Shown: in pieces, positions 27,255 to 38,568 of the stretch
Position numbering within the stretch: position 1 is the first letter of the stretch
How the letters are laid out: each line of letters begins with the position of its first letter
Source: an uncultured Wohlfahrtiimonas sp.
GTDB taxonomy: Bacteria; Pseudomonadota; Gammaproteobacteria; Cardiobacteriales; Wohlfahrtiimonadaceae
Assembly: GCA_947631095.1 (NCBI GenBank)
Contig: CANRJX010000001.1
Coordinates: 1-62,097 of the forward strand
Length of the DNA stretch: 62,097 nt
Reading direction: 5' to 3'
Notes under the pieces: model-generated
What the model was told of the DNA's origin: nothing
Databases searched by the model: none
What the model saw: the letters and a program-made list of their open reading frames with translations, nothing else
Program-made: the position numbers and the translations under genes

Positions 27255-28118
27255 CTATGACTGAAGTGAATTCAGTGCTTCTATAGCAGTATTGTCTCCT
27301 TTTTGTGCGGCTTTTTTAAATAATTTCAATGCTTTTTCAGGATTTTGGCTAGTTCCTTCGCCTTTAGCGTGCATAATCGCTAGATTAGATGTTGCTTTAA
27401 TATGGCCGAGGGCATCTGCTTTCTCGAACAATTGAAATGCTTTTGTAGGATTTTTTTCAACTAAATCGCCTGTTAAATACCGAGAACCTAAAGTGAAAAG
27501 AGCATCAGGTTGATTTAAATTTGCTGATTTTTTAAGGAAATTAATGGCTTCATGATTGTTTTTATATGTACCAATACCATCCAACTTCATTAAATATAAA
27601 TAAAATAGTGCTGTTGGGTTGTTTTGTGATGCCGATTTTGAAAAAATTTGGTATGCCTCAGTATTTTTGCCTTCTTTTAATGCGATTTTTGCACTTAAAT
27701 TTAAAGCATCACTGTCATTGTTTGAAATTGCTTGCGATAGGTATTTTTGTAGTTTTGGATTTTTTGGGTCATGCTCATAATAATAAACGGCTAAGTTGTA
27801 TTGTGCAGAGACATGATGATTATTTGCAGCTTTTTCATAATATTCCAATGCAAGGTCATGATTTTGTTCGACAGCAATGCCTTCATCATATATTACGGCT
27901 AATGCATTATCTGCAGGTGCATAACCTTTTTTGCTTGAGATTTTGAAATACTCTAAAGCTTTTGCTTCGTTTTTCGGAACGTTTTCTCCTGAGAGATATT
28001 GTATGCCTTTGTAGTAAAGAGACTCGGCTGAAAGTGTTTGTTGTTCTTGATGAGGGATCGAGTTGCATGCGCTTAAAAGCAAAGTTGCTGTAATGGTCAC
28101 GAATCGAATTATTCTCAT
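27255..28118 (-). CDS. Sel1-repeat (TPR-like) lipoprotein
   Basis: Lipobox LSAC; repeated A..NLA..Y..G.G...N..KA...F.KAA..G motifs. Confidence 0.92.
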   Translation of the reverse strand: MRIIRFVTITATLLLSACNSIPHQEQQTLSAESLYYKGIQYLSGENVPKNEAKALEYFKISSKKGYAPADNALAVIYDEGIAVEQNHDLALEYYEKAANNHHVSAQYNLAVYYYEHDPKNPKLQKYLSQAISNNDSDALNLSAKIALKEGKNTEAYQIFSKSASQNNPTALFYLYLMKLDGIGTYKNNHEAINFLKKSANLNQPDALFTLGSRYLTGDLVEKNPTKAFQLFEKADALGHIKATSNLAIMHAKGEGTSQNPEKALKLFKKAAQKGDNTAIEALNSLQS

Positions 28119-28347
28119 GTCATCCTCTTGAGCTTTGATAAACCCTAATTATATTTGATTTGATTATACATATTTTAATATTCTGTTTGATAAAAGAAAT
28201 GTTCGAAATCTATGTGTACTTTCTATTTTTTGTTATGAGTAGCATGTAAAAATTTAGGTAAGATGATTGAAAAGATTTTTCTAATAAAAAAGCCTATAAA
28301 ATCAATATCATCATGTCAGTGAAAAACGGGCGAAAAATCACTGTTTA

Positions 28348-28356
28348 TGATATAAT
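28348..28356 (+). promoter_or_regulatory. Extended -10 promoter of gyrA
   Basis: TGaTATAAT about 40 nt upstream of the start codon. Confidence 0.6.
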
Positions 28357-28396
28357 TTTGCAGTTATGTGCTTAATTATTATACAAAGGAAAATCA

Positions 28397-31012
28397 ATGA
28401 GTGAGTTTGCCAAAGAGATAGTTCCGGTCAACTTAGAAGATGAGATGAAAAAATCTTATCTAGACTATGCAATGAGCGTGATTATTGGACGTGCATTGCC
28501 CGATGTTCGTGATGGATTGAAGCCTGTACATCGTCGTATTTTACACTCGATGAACCAAACTCATAATGATTGGAATAAGCCTTATAAAAAATCGGCACGT
28601 ATTGTGGGTGACGTGATGGGTAAATACCATCCGCATGGCGATAGTGCAATTTACGATTCTATCGTTCGTATGGCACAGCCATTCTCAATGCGCTATATGT
28701 TAGTAGATGGTCAGGGTAACTTTGGTTCCGTAGATGGTGACTCCCCTGCAGCAATGCGTTATACCGAAGTTAGAATGAGTCGTATTGCTCATACTTTATT
28801 GCAAGATATTGAAAAAGATACCGTTAACTTTGTGCCAAACTATGATGGTTCTGAAATTGAGCCATCTGTATTGCCAACACAAATTCCAAATTTATTGGTA
28901 AACGGTTCTTCAGGTATTGCAGTGGGCATGGCGACAAATATTCCACCACACAATATTACTGAAACTATTAATGCCTGTGTTGCGTTGATCAATGATCCTG
29001 AAATTACGATTGATGGCTTGATGGAATATATTCCAGCACCAGATTTTCCAACTGCTGCCATCATTAATGGTACACGAGGTATTCGTGAAGCTTATCATAC
29101 AGGACGTGGTCGTGTTGTTATCCGTGCACGTTGTGAAATTGAGATTGATGAAAAACGTAATCGTGAAGTGATTGTAATTACTGAATTGCCTTATCAAGTC
29201 AATAAAGCTCGTTTAATTGAAAAAATTGTTGAGCTGCACAGAGATAAAATTGTTGAAGGCATTTCTCCAGATGGTTTGCGTGATGAGTCTGATAAAGATG
29301 GTATGCGCGTTGTTATCGAATTGAAACGTGGCGAGTCTGGTATGGTTGTATTGAATCAACTATATAAACACACGTCATTACAAAGCAGTTTCAGCATTAA
29401 TATGGTTGCGATCGATCAAGGTCAACCAAAATTATTAAACTTGAAACAAGTATTGGAAGCATTTGTTGCGCATCGTCGTGAAGTGATTACACGTCGTACA
29501 ATTTTTGATTTACGCAAAGCGCGTGAACGAGCTCATTTATTAGAAGGTTTGACTGTTGCGTTGGTCAATATTGATGAAATGATCGAGTTGATTAGATCAT
29601 CACCAGATGGCGCGACTGCTAAAGCGAAAATGCTTGAGAGATTCTGGACGGCAGGTGATGTGGTTCCAATGTTAGAACGCGCTGCTGCGTTGAACGAAAA
29701 TGCACAAATGACAGAGTTTGCAGGTTTTGGTTTGGTTGCAGAAGGTTATCGTTTAACTGAAACGCAAGCACAAGCTATCTTGGATATGCGCTTACAACGT
29801 TTAACAGGCTTAGAGCAAGATAAAATTCACGGTGAATATGAGACTTTATTAGAAGCAATTACTGGATTTATCGAAATTTTAGTGAATCCTGATCGTTTGA
29901 AAGAAGTGGTATTAGAAGAGCTTGAAAAAGTACGTTCTGATTTTCATGATGAGCGTCGTACGGAAATTTGCCAAGCAGCAGAAGATATTAATATTTTAGA
30001 TTTAATTGCAGATGAGCAGGTTGTTGTCACATTATCGCATCGTGGTTATATCAAATATCAGCAATTGGGTGAATACCAAGCACAAAAACGTGGTGGTCGT
30101 GGTAAGTCGGCAGCCAAAGTTAAAGATGAAGATTATGTTGTTAATATGATGACAGCAAGCACGCACTCACAGTTGATGTGTTTCTCTTCAACTGGGCGTG
30201 TTTATTGGTTACATACTTATGAGTTGCCAGAAGCGGGTCGTGGTTCATCAGGTCGTCCGATAGTTAATATGTTGCCGTTATCAGAAGGTGAGCGCATTAG
30301 TTCAATTATGCCCGTTGATGAATATGTATCAGATAAATATATCGTAATGGCGACAAAATTTGGTGTTATTAAAAAGACAACATTAGATAAATTTGCAAGC
30401 CAACGCTCAACTGGTGTAATCGCGATTACCTTAGATGAAGGTGATGAGTTGATTGGTACCGCTATTACAGATGGCAGCAAAGACATTATGATGTTTACCT
30501 CAGATGGTAAAGTGAATCGCTTTAGTGAAGAAGATGTTCGCGATACTGGTCGTGGTGCTCGTGGTGTTAAGTCAATGAACTTGACTGAAGATCAAACTAT
30601 TTTATCCATGATTATTCCAGATGAAGACAGTGTTGTATTGATCGCAACTGAAAATGGTTATGGTAAACGTACTCGTGCTGAAGAATTTACGCGCCATCGT
30701 CGTGGTGGTAAAGGTATGATCGGCATCCAAACTTCTGAGCGTAATGGCAATGTAATCAGTGCTTGCTTGGTTAAAGATGAAGAAGAAGTAATTTTAATAT
30801 CCAGTAACGGCGTTTTGGTTCGCACAAGAGTTTCTGAAATTTCTATTTTAGGGCGTAATACTCAGGGTGTTCGTTTGATTCGTTTGGATGAATCAGATAA
30901 GTTGGTAGGCTTGACAGCAGTTGAAGCAGAAGAAATTGAAGAACCAATATTAGATGAATCAGAAATAGTTGAGGCAACAGAATCTGATGGGGAAGAAAAT
31001 CCTGTAGAATAA
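28397..31012 (+). CDS. gyrA: DNA gyrase subunit A
   Basis: [20 protein letters not shown], GyrA box QKRGGRG, C-terminal beta-pinwheel repeats and acidic tail. Confidence 0.99.
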   Translation: MSEFAKEIVPVNLEDEMKKSYLDYAMSVIIGRALPDVRDGLKPVHRRILHSMNQTHNDWNKPYKKSARIVGDVMGKYHPHGDSAIYDSIVRMAQPFSMRYMLVDGQGNFGSVDGDSPAAMRYTEVRMSRIAHTLLQDIEKDTVNFVPNYDGSEIEPSVLPTQIPNLLVNGSSGIAVGMATNIPPHNITETINACVALINDPEITIDGLMEYIPAPDFPTAAIINGTRGIREAYHTGRGRVVIRARCEIEIDEKRNREVIVITELPYQVNKARLIEKIVELHRDKIVEGISPDGLRDESDKDGMRVVIELKRGESGMVVLNQLYKHTSLQSSFSINMVAIDQGQPKLLNLKQVLEAFVAHRREVITRRTIFDLRKARERAHLLEGLTVALVNIDEMIELIRSSPDGATAKAKMLERFWTAGDVVPMLERAAALNENAQMTEFAGFGLVAEGYRLTETQAQAILDMRLQRLTGLEQDKIHGEYETLLEAITGFIEILVNPDRLKEVVLEELEKVRSDFHDERRTEICQAAEDINILDLIADEQVVVTLSHRGYIKYQQLGEYQAQKRGGRGKSAAKVKDEDYVVNMMTASTHSQLMCFSSTGRVYWLHTYELPEAGRGSSGRPIVNMLPLSEGERISSIMPVDEYVSDKYIVMATKFGVIKKTTLDKFASQRSTGVIAITLDEGDELIGTAITDGSKDIMMFTSDGKVNRFSEEDVRDTGRGARGVKSMNLTEDQTILSMIIPDEDSVVLIATENGYGKRTRAEEFTRHRRGGKGMIGIQTSERNGNVISACLVKDEEEVILISSNGVLVRTRVSEISILGRNTQGVRLIRLDESDKLVGLTAVEAEEIEEPILDESEIVEATESDGEENPVE

Positions 31013-31029
31013 TTCAAATTACAATACTC

Positions 31030-31062
31030 AACTAAGGCAGGCAAAACCTGCCTTAGTTCTTT
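31030..31062 (+). terminator. Terminator after gyrA
   Basis: AACTAAGGCAGG-caaaa-CCTGCCTTAGTT. Confidence 0.75.
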
Positions 31063-31079
31063 CAGCGAGAGAATAATAA

Positions 31080-31754
31080 ATGTTCGATTTTATAAAAATT
31101 ATATTTGTCGTTTTTTTGATGTTATTACCATTGGCTAATCCCTTAGTTTCTGTCACGTTATTGATGAGTTTAGGGGCTCGATTACCAGATGAAGAAAAAA
31201 AACGTCAATCTAGACAGGCCGCAATTTATTCTTTAGCCATGATGCTCATCAGTTTCTATTGTGGCCACATAGTTATGAAAGTGTTTGGCATCTCTATACC
31301 AGGCCTCAGAATTGCAGGTGGTTTGATTGTGATGGTTATTGGCTTTCAAATGTTGTTTCCAGCACAAGGTTCAGCCGGAGCGCCAGAATTAGAAAGTAAA
31401 AAAGATGAATTAAAAGGCAGTGGCGCGAGTAATTCGAATATTGCTTTCATTCCATTAACAATGCCAGGATTTGCAGGACCCGGAACAATTGCGATGATTA
31501 TCAGTATTGCATCGACACTGCCAAGTTTTGATGCACCGATGTGGATTATGTTAAGTGCCCCCATATTTTCATTTATTGGACTGTCTTTGGTTTTATGGGG
31601 TTGTTTAAGGAGCTCCGCCAAAATCGTCGCCAAAATAGGGCAAAGTGGCATAGATGCGATCTCTCGTGTTATGGGGTTTTTGTTGGTATGTATGGGTGTT
31701 CAGTTCTGTATTAATGGTGTTTTAGAGTTAATTCAACAGACGGCCAGCCATTAA
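31080..31754 (+). CDS. marC: MarC family inner membrane protein
   Basis: PLANPL, FGISIPGLRIAGGLIV, IAFIPLTMPGFAGPGTIA, SRVMGFLLVCMGVQF. Confidence 0.93.
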   Translation: MFDFIKIIFVVFLMLLPLANPLVSVTLLMSLGARLPDEEKKRQSRQAAIYSLAMMLISFYCGHIVMKVFGISIPGLRIAGGLIVMVIGFQMLFPAQGSAGAPELESKKDELKGSGASNSNIAFIPLTMPGFAGPGTIAMIISIASTLPSFDAPMWIMLSAPIFSFIGLSLVLWGCLRSSAKIVAKIGQSGIDAISRVMGFLLVCMGVQFCINGVLELIQQTASH

Positions 31755-31784
31755 AATCTTTAACGATTTTAGTAAGGAGCTTTG

Positions 31785-33143
31785 ATGAAAAAGATATTTG
31801 TGGGCGCTGAATTTAAAGCGCTCATTTTGTTGGCTTTGCCAATTTTATGTACACAGCTTTTGCAAGTTGGAATGGGAACGACAGATGTTGCTATCACAGG
31901 TCATTTTGATCCTTTAGTGCAATCTGGTGTTGCAATGGGTGTATTTGTTTGGAACCCAATTTTATTGTTTGCCAGTGGAACATTGATGGCGATTACTATT
32001 TTGACAGCGCATCAATTTGGAGCTGGTAGGGTTAAAAGAATACCAACAATTTTTCATGGTGGTGTATTGCTGGCCTCAATATTTTCAGTCATCGCGATTA
32101 TGATCATGTGGAATTCTGCTCATATTTTGGAGTTTTTTAAAGTACAGTCTGAAGTGATTCCATTATCTGTTGATTATCTGCGTGCTTTATCAGTAGGTGT
32201 GCCAGCGATTTTTTTATTCAATACATTGCGTTGTGTTTGTGAAGGCGTTGCACGACCCTTTCCAGTAACAATTGTGACGTTCGTAGGCTTCATTATTAAT
32301 GGTTTTATGAATTATTTTTTAGTGTACGGATATGAGCCGATTGGCTTACAAAGTTATGGTGTTATTGGGTCTGGATTAGGGACTGCATTTGCGATGTGGT
32401 GTATGCTGGGCTGTATGATTATGTTCTACCAAGTAGAATCAAGATTGAAGAAATTACAGCTTTTCCGTTATCGTGCGCGTATTTTTAAGCAAATTAAAAC
32501 ATTATTGCAGGTTGGTATTCCGAATGGTGCTTCAATTTTTGCAGAAGTTGCTTTGTTTTCAGTGTCAGGATTAATTTTGGGTAGATTTGGTGAGATTGTA
32601 ATTAATAGTCATCAAATAGCGCTAAATATCACGAGTTTGTCATTTATGGTGCCTTTGAGTACATCATTTGCATTAGTTGCACTAATCGGTCAAAGAATGG
32701 GGCGAAAAGATTACGAGGGCGCAATACGCATAGCGAAAATGGGCCGTATTACGTGTTTTGGTATTATGATCGGCACAGGAATTTATTTGTTTGTACTAAA
32801 AGATTATTTACCCATGATATTTAGTGATGACCCTGCGATTTTACAGTTAAGTGCGCACCTTTTGATTTTCTCTATTATTTTCCAGTTGCCTGATGGGCTG
32901 CAAATTGCTGCTGCTGGCTGTTTGCGTGGTATGAAAGATACTAAAGCGCCAATGATTATTGGTATTACTTCTTATTGGTTAATTGCTTTGCCTGTTGGCT
33001 ATTACTTAGCTGTGCAGAAAGATATGCAAGCAGAAGGCGTTTGGATAGGATTGATTGTGGGTTTAACCTGTTCTGCAATTTTGTCTAATCTAAGATTGGA
33101 ATGGCAGTTTAGAAAAATGAAAAAACTATACTTTTTGACATAA
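31785..33143 (+). CDS. MATE family efflux transporter (NorM/MdtK-like)
   Basis: About 12 TM helices; LALPI, HQIALN, FMVPLS, FQLPDGLQ, LRGMKDT. Confidence 0.92.
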   Translation: MKKIFVGAEFKALILLALPILCTQLLQVGMGTTDVAITGHFDPLVQSGVAMGVFVWNPILLFASGTLMAITILTAHQFGAGRVKRIPTIFHGGVLLASIFSVIAIMIMWNSAHILEFFKVQSEVIPLSVDYLRALSVGVPAIFLFNTLRCVCEGVARPFPVTIVTFVGFIINGFMNYFLVYGYEPIGLQSYGVIGSGLGTAFAMWCMLGCMIMFYQVESRLKKLQLFRYRARIFKQIKTLLQVGIPNGASIFAEVALFSVSGLILGRFGEIVINSHQIALNITSLSFMVPLSTSFALVALIGQRMGRKDYEGAIRIAKMGRITCFGIMIGTGIYLFVLKDYLPMIFSDDPAILQLSAHLLIFSIIFQLPDGLQIAAAGCLRGMKDTKAPMIIGITSYWLIALPVGYYLAVQKDMQAEGVWIGLIVGLTCSAILSNLRLEWQFRKMKKLYFLT

Positions 33144-33314
33144 ATCAATACTGTCTTTAGATTATGTGCTGAAACATAATCATTTAGCTACATTGTTTGA
33201 GCATGTGTGAAAAATATGCATGTTATAGAGGTTATGATTTTTAGTGCTATTTTAAGACATAGACATCAGTTTCTGAATTACTCAATCACACTTTAAATAG
33301 GATTGCTTAGTATT

Positions 33315-34817
33315 ATGAATAACGCTTCGACCCCTTTGTATGATATTCACGCGATTAAAGATATTGAAAAAAAAGCATTAGAAACGCTGAATATCGCATC
33401 TATTACATTAATGCAACGCGCGGCTTTATTTGTTTTAGGGTATTTATATAAAGCTTATCCTGATGTGCGTAAAATTTCAGTGATAGTTGGCGCAGGCCGA
33501 AATGGTGGTGATGGTTATTTCTTTGCGCAACAAGCATTAAGTGCAGGTTTTGAGGTTAGAATTTTTTATCTTACTGATCCGAATAACTTGGTTGATGATG
33601 TGCGCAAAGCGTATTTAGCGGCTAAAAGTATGGGTGTGCCGTGTGAGTCTTTTTCATCAGCTTCTCTTGATGATGCAGATTTAATCATTGATGCAATGAT
33701 GGGAACAGGTGCAAATAGAGCACTGTCTGGTGAATGGCTAGGCGCGGCGATGTTGATTAATCGTAGTGGTAAACCAGTGATTTCATTGGATGTTCCCTCT
33801 GGGCTGAATGCAAATACAGGGGCAATTCTGAGTGAAGCTGTCAAAGCAACAGAAACAATTACTTTTATTGCCCAAAAACCTGGCTTATACACAGGCAAAG
33901 GGCCTGAATATGTGGGTAAAGTCATTTGTTCTGATTTAGGCATTCCTGATGAATGTTTTGCCTCTATTCATGCTGCATCTTGTTGCTTTAATTCACCCAC
34001 AATGTCTGAGTGGTTCCCTGATCGTAAAAAATTTAATCATAAAGGTAACTTTGGACATATTTTAGTTGTTGGTGGATATATTGGCATGGCAGGCGCTGCT
34101 TTGTTAGCAGGACATGCTGCTTTAAGGATTGGCGCAGGAAGAGTCTCAATTGCTACACATCCTCATCATGCAACAGCTATGATTCCATACCATCCTGAGC
34201 TTATGGTTCATGGCGTGACGTGTGCAACCGATTTAGAACCATTATTAGAAGTTGCGACGTGTATTGTTATTGGTTGTGGTTTAGGGACAAATGAATGGTC
34301 TGTAGAGTTGATGAATGCAGTATTGGCAACTGGTAAGCCAATTGTAATTGATGCAGATGGTTTGAATTTAATTGCCCAAGATAAAATTTCAAAAGAATTG
34401 CTAGAAGAGAATAAAGATAATCATGTAATTACGCCGCATCCTGTAGAAGCAGCAAGATTATTAAAAGGTACTGTAAATGATATTGAAGCAGATAGGTTAG
34501 TGTCTGCATATCAGCTGTCAGAAAAATTTGGTATCTCAGTGCTTAAAGGTGCAGGCTCATTGGTTTGTGATTCAGACTTTTTGAGTATTAATACAACAGG
34601 TAATCCTGCGATGGCAAGTTCTGGTATGGGAGATGCATTGAGTGGTATTATTGCAGGGCTAATCGTACAAGGTGTTTCACTAAGACGAGCGACACGATTA
34701 GGTGTATGGTTACATGGTTTTTCAGGAGATTTATGTGCAGCGCAAGGTTATCGTTCAGTGATTGCAACAGACGTAATTGAATTTTTACCAAAAGCAATTG
34801 CACAATTGAAGGAATAA
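33315..34817 (+). CDS. nnr: Bifunctional NAD(P)H-hydrate epimerase/dehydratase (Nnr/YjeF)
   Basis: LMQRAA, GRNGGDG, DVPSG, HKGNFG, IDADGLN, TPHPVEAARL, GMGDALSG; precedes tsaE. Confidence 0.95.
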   Translation: MNNASTPLYDIHAIKDIEKKALETLNIASITLMQRAALFVLGYLYKAYPDVRKISVIVGAGRNGGDGYFFAQQALSAGFEVRIFYLTDPNNLVDDVRKAYLAAKSMGVPCESFSSASLDDADLIIDAMMGTGANRALSGEWLGAAMLINRSGKPVISLDVPSGLNANTGAILSEAVKATETITFIAQKPGLYTGKGPEYVGKVICSDLGIPDECFASIHAASCCFNSPTMSEWFPDRKKFNHKGNFGHILVVGGYIGMAGAALLAGHAALRIGAGRVSIATHPHHATAMIPYHPELMVHGVTCATDLEPLLEVATCIVIGCGLGTNEWSVELMNAVLATGKPIVIDADGLNLIAQDKISKELLEENKDNHVITPHPVEAARLLKGTVNDIEADRLVSAYQLSEKFGISVLKGAGSLVCDSDFLSINTTGNPAMASSGMGDALSGIIAGLIVQGVSLRRATRLGVWLHGFSGDLCAAQGYRSVIATDVIEFLPKAIAQLKE

Positions 34818-34818
34818 A

Positions 34819-35280
34819 ATGGATTCATTGGTTCTTGAGTTACAAAGTGAAGTTGATACCGCTACAATTGCTAAAAAACTAGCAGAAGTAGTTGTATCTA
34901 ATAATTTACAAACATTAAAAGTATATTTGTCTGGTGAATTGGGTGCGGGTAAAACAACTTTTTCAAAATATTTTTTACAAGCGTTAGGCATTGAAGAAAC
35001 AATTAAAAGTCCGACTTATACAATCATTGAAAGCTATAATGCAAACAATTTAGAGATAGATCATATCGATTTATATCGTATTCAAGAAGAAGACTTATAC
35101 GATTTAGGTTTCTTGGAAGATGAGCATAAGATTTGGTTAATTGAATGGCCTGAAAAAGGCGGTAATTCATTACCAGAATGTGATTTATTATTATCTTTAG
35201 TTAGAGTTGGCAATTTGACGATGACATTGTTGCCCAAAACTAAAGTTGGGCAACATGTTCTATCTGAATTAAATATCTAA
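34819..35280 (+). CDS. tsaE: tRNA threonylcarbamoyladenosine biosynthesis ATPase TsaE
   Basis: GELGAGKTT, KSPTYT, HIDLYR, IEWPE. Confidence 0.97.
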   Translation: MDSLVLELQSEVDTATIAKKLAEVVVSNNLQTLKVYLSGELGAGKTTFSKYFLQALGIEETIKSPTYTIIESYNANNLEIDHIDLYRIQEEDLYDLGFLEDEHKIWLIEWPEKGGNSLPECDLLLSLVRVGNLTMTLLPKTKVGQHVLSELNI

Positions 35281-35925
35281 AGCAAATTTAGAGGTTTGGC
35301 GATTAAGCGGTATCACTGTTGTTTGGTCGCCCAAATATGCGCGTGTCTTCGCATCATAGAATGCATAACGAAGTACTATATCGTCAGACGTGACTTTATA
35401 AACCCCCATCACCAATGCATCCGCTTTAAAAATGTTTGCTGCTTTGCTCGCTTCAGGTGTTGGTGCAATTAATCCATTTTGTACCACAAACATATCGCGT
35501 TTATAGCGAATGTATTTAGCAGTTGCAGTTTTTCCAATGACATCGACTAATCCCATTGCCGAAATGCGGCCTGCTTTTTCACTTTTATTAATATCATTCA
35601 CATTAACAAGCGCGCCAACTAGGAATGAGTTGTGCTGATCAAAAATATTTGGATATTTTAGTTTTACATCCACAATAGATTTTCTCAAAGCTTCTTGCAT
35701 TTTGAATGAAGCATTTTGATTGTAGTTCGCAACATCACGATCTAAAGAATTTCTTTCTACAGCATCTTCTTTGTATTCATGATATTTTTCATATGAATAT
35801 TTAGGTTGTTCTGCGATTGATTCGTCATAAGGCACGCCATAAACTGGTGCACCATCTACTGCTGGCCATATACAGCCAGACAATAAGATTAAACTTATTG
35901 CACTTAAAGGGATTATTTTTTTCAT
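35269..35925 (-). CDS. Lipoprotein with FlgO-like (CsgG/TolB-N fold) domain
   Basis: Lipobox LSGC; VGALVNVNDINKS...GR and ADALVMGVY resemble the FlgO-domain pattern. Confidence 0.55.
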   Translation of the reverse strand: MKKIIPLSAISLILLSGCIWPAVDGAPVYGVPYDESIAEQPKYSYEKYHEYKEDAVERNSLDRDVANYNQNASFKMQEALRKSIVDVKLKYPNIFDQHNSFLVGALVNVNDINKSEKAGRISAMGLVDVIGKTATAKYIRYKRDMFVVQNGLIAPTPEASKAANIFKADALVMGVYKVTSDDIVLRYAFYDAKTRAYLGDQTTVIPLNRQTSKFALDI

Positions 35926-36130
35926 AGTTATCCTGTTTTTATACAATTTTATGGTGATTTAAATTTAAGCTTTGCAATTATATCATGGAAAAATAATCAA
36001 TCATTTGTATTTGTCTTTTGTCTAATCATAGTGTCGATTGTTATGATTAAGATCAATGCATGAGTTTTCTCATTGTTTAGCTAACCCATGATAGAATAAC
36101 TGCAATTTTGTAGTTTAAATTGAGGATTGT

Positions 36131-37213
36131 ATGAAAGAGAAAATTATTAATGCATTAAATGAGGTCAAAGTCGTTTTTGATAATAAAAAACTGGGCGATT
36201 TATTGCGTGTTACTTCTGTTGATTGGTCTGAAAAAGAGCATGTATATACGATCTCAATTTCATTAAATTTTGAAAGCAAAACGTATAATGATGCGTTGGT
36301 CAAAGCTTGTAGTGATGTTATCCAGCCTTTATTACAGGCGGGTGAAAGTGTTCGTTTTGAAATTAAAGCTAAAAATGTGACACATCGCGTGCAAAATGGT
36401 TTGAAACCTTTAAAAAATATCAAAAACATTATTGCGGTTGGCTCAGGAAAAGGTGGTGTGGGTAAATCTACAACATCAATTAATATCGCTTATGCATTAC
36501 AAAAAGAAGGTTTTTCTGTGGGTATTTTGGATGCCGATATCTACGGTCCAAGTATGCCAAAAATGTTAGGTACAAATGATAAGCCTGTATCTAAAGATAA
36601 TAAAAGTATGGAACCAATTGAAATAGATGGTTTGCAAGCAATGTCGATCGGTTTTTTGGTGGATGAAAAGGATGCGATGATTTGGCGTGCGCCGATGGCT
36701 GTTAGTGCATTAACACAACTATTGAATGATACCAATTGGCGTGATTTAGATTATCTCATCATTGATATGCCACCAGGAACGGGTGACATTCAATTAACAT
36801 TGTCACAAAAAATACCTGTCGCGGGCAGTGTTGTTGTGACAACGCCACAAGATATTGCTTTGATTGATGCGCGCAAAGGTATCGATATGTTCCAAAAGGT
36901 TGATGTGCCTATTTTGGGTATTGTTGAAAATATGAGTACGCATGTTTGTTCTAATTGTGGTCATGAAGAAGCAATTTTTGGTGTAGATGGCGGTAAAATA
37001 TTGGCTGAAGATACTCATGTGCCATTACTAGGTAAGTTACCTTTAGATATTCGTGTGCGCAAGGCATTGGATAGTGGTGATGTGCAGTCATTAAATGATT
37101 CTGATATTGCTTTGCGTTATCAAGAAATAGCACTTAAAATGGTTTCCCATTTGTCACAGAATCCGAAAGATGTGGCAGGAAAATTTCCTAAAATTGTTGT
37201 AGAGAATAGCTAA
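36131..37213 (+). CDS. apbC: Iron-sulfur cluster carrier ATPase ApbC/Mrp
   Basis: SGKGGVGKST, DADIYGPS, DMPPGTGD, VTTPQ, ENMS..CSNC. Confidence 0.96.
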   Translation: MKEKIINALNEVKVVFDNKKLGDLLRVTSVDWSEKEHVYTISISLNFESKTYNDALVKACSDVIQPLLQAGESVRFEIKAKNVTHRVQNGLKPLKNIKNIIAVGSGKGGVGKSTTSINIAYALQKEGFSVGILDADIYGPSMPKMLGTNDKPVSKDNKSMEPIEIDGLQAMSIGFLVDEKDAMIWRAPMAVSALTQLLNDTNWRDLDYLIIDMPPGTGDIQLTLSQKIPVAGSVVVTTPQDIALIDARKGIDMFQKVDVPILGIVENMSTHVCSNCGHEEAIFGVDGGKILAEDTHVPLLGKLPLDIRVRKALDSGDVQSLNDSDIALRYQEIALKMVSHLSQNPKDVAGKFPKIVVENS

Positions 37214-37216
37214 ATT

Positions 37217-37786
37217 ATGAGCATTAAATCTGATCGTTGGATCCGTGAGCAAGCCGAAAAATATGGCATGATCGAGCCTTTTGCACCTGAGCAAGTACGT
37301 TATGACGAAGATCAAAATCGAATCATTAGCTACGGTACATCTAGCTATGGTTATGATGTTCGTTGTAGTAATGAATTTAAAGTATTTACTAATATTAATT
37401 CCACGATTGTTGATCCAAAGAATTTTGAAGAAGGAACATTTGTAGACATTCAATCAGATGTTTGTATCATTCCACCAAACTCTTTTGCATTAGCAAGAAC
37501 TGTTGAGTATTTCAGAATTCCGCGCAGTGTTTTGACAGTTTGCTTGGGTAAATCAACATATGCACGCTGTGGTATTATCGTTAATGTTACGCCTTTGGAA
37601 CCAGAGTGGGAAGGGCATGTAACATTAGAATTCTCTAACACAACACCGTTACCTGCAAAAATTTATGCAGGTGAAGGCGTAGCTCAGATGCTCTTTTTTG
37701 AATCTGATGAAATTTGTGAAACATCTTATAAAGATCGTGGTGGTAAATATCAAGGTCAAACAGGTGTAACACTACCAAGAACATAA
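37217..37786 (+). CDS. dcd: dCTP deaminase
   Basis: [37 protein letters not shown]. Confidence 0.98.
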   Translation: MSIKSDRWIREQAEKYGMIEPFAPEQVRYDEDQNRIISYGTSSYGYDVRCSNEFKVFTNINSTIVDPKNFEEGTFVDIQSDVCIIPPNSFALARTVEYFRIPRSVLTVCLGKSTYARCGIIVNVTPLEPEWEGHVTLEFSNTTPLPAKIYAGEGVAQMLFFESDEICETSYKDRGGKYQGQTGVTLPRT

Positions 37787-37796
37787 TAAAAGGATA

Positions 37797-38564
37797 ATGA
37801 TGTCTGATATCAGAATTAAAACTCCAGAACAAATTGAAGGCATTCGTAAGGCTTGCCGTTTAGCATCAGATGTTTTAGATATGATTGGTGAATATGTCAA
37901 AGTAGGCGTAACAACGCTTGAGCTAGACAATATTATGAATGATTATATCGTTAAAAAAGGTGCTATTTCTGCGTGTTTTGGCTATGGTGATCCAGGTTTT
38001 CCAAGATATACTTGTATTTCATTGAATCACGTTGTTTGTCATGGTATTCCAAATGATAAGGCTTTGAAAAAAGGGGATATCTTGAATATTGATGTGACTG
38101 TCATTTTAGATGGTTACTATGGTGATAATAGTCGTATGTATAAAGCTGGTGAGATTTCTACTTTAGCACAGCGTCTTATTGATACGAGTTATGAATGTAT
38201 GATGTTGGGCATTGAAACAGTAAAGCCTGGCGCAGAATTTCGTGACATTGGGCGCGTGATTCAAAAGCATGCGCACGCTAATCACTTTTCTGTTGTAGAA
38301 GATTTTTGTGGACATGGTGTTGGTATTGAATTTCATGAGGCACCATTAGTTTTGCATTATGATTCACCAAAAGTGACTGATATTATGCAAGAAGGCATGG
38401 TTTTCACTATTGAGCCGATGCTGAATGTTGGGAAGCATGCTTGTAAAGTTTTATCTGATAATTGGACTGTTGTAACAAGAGATCGCTCGTTGTCAGCACA
38501 GTGGGAGCATCAGATTCTTGTCACTGCAACAGGGTATGAAATCTTAACGCTATCTAATCTATAA
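37797..38564 (+). CDS. map: Methionine aminopeptidase type I
   Basis: VCHGIP, NIDVT, GHGVG..FHE, FTIEPM, SAQWEH. Confidence 0.98.
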   Translation: MMSDIRIKTPEQIEGIRKACRLASDVLDMIGEYVKVGVTTLELDNIMNDYIVKKGAISACFGYGDPGFPRYTCISLNHVVCHGIPNDKALKKGDILNIDVTVILDGYYGDNSRMYKAGEISTLAQRLIDTSYECMMLGIETVKPGAEFRDIGRVIQKHAHANHFSVVEDFCGHGVGIEFHEAPLVLHYDSPKVTDIMQEGMVFTIEPMLNVGKHACKVLSDNWTVVTRDRSLSAQWEHQILVTATGYEILTLSNL

Positions 38565-38568
38565 TATT

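Noticed and set aside
28620-28670. gyrA quinolone-resistance-determining region
   Set aside because: [10 protein letters not shown] keeps Ser83 and Asp87 (E. coli numbering); no resistance substitution, and no intein near AAMRYTE.
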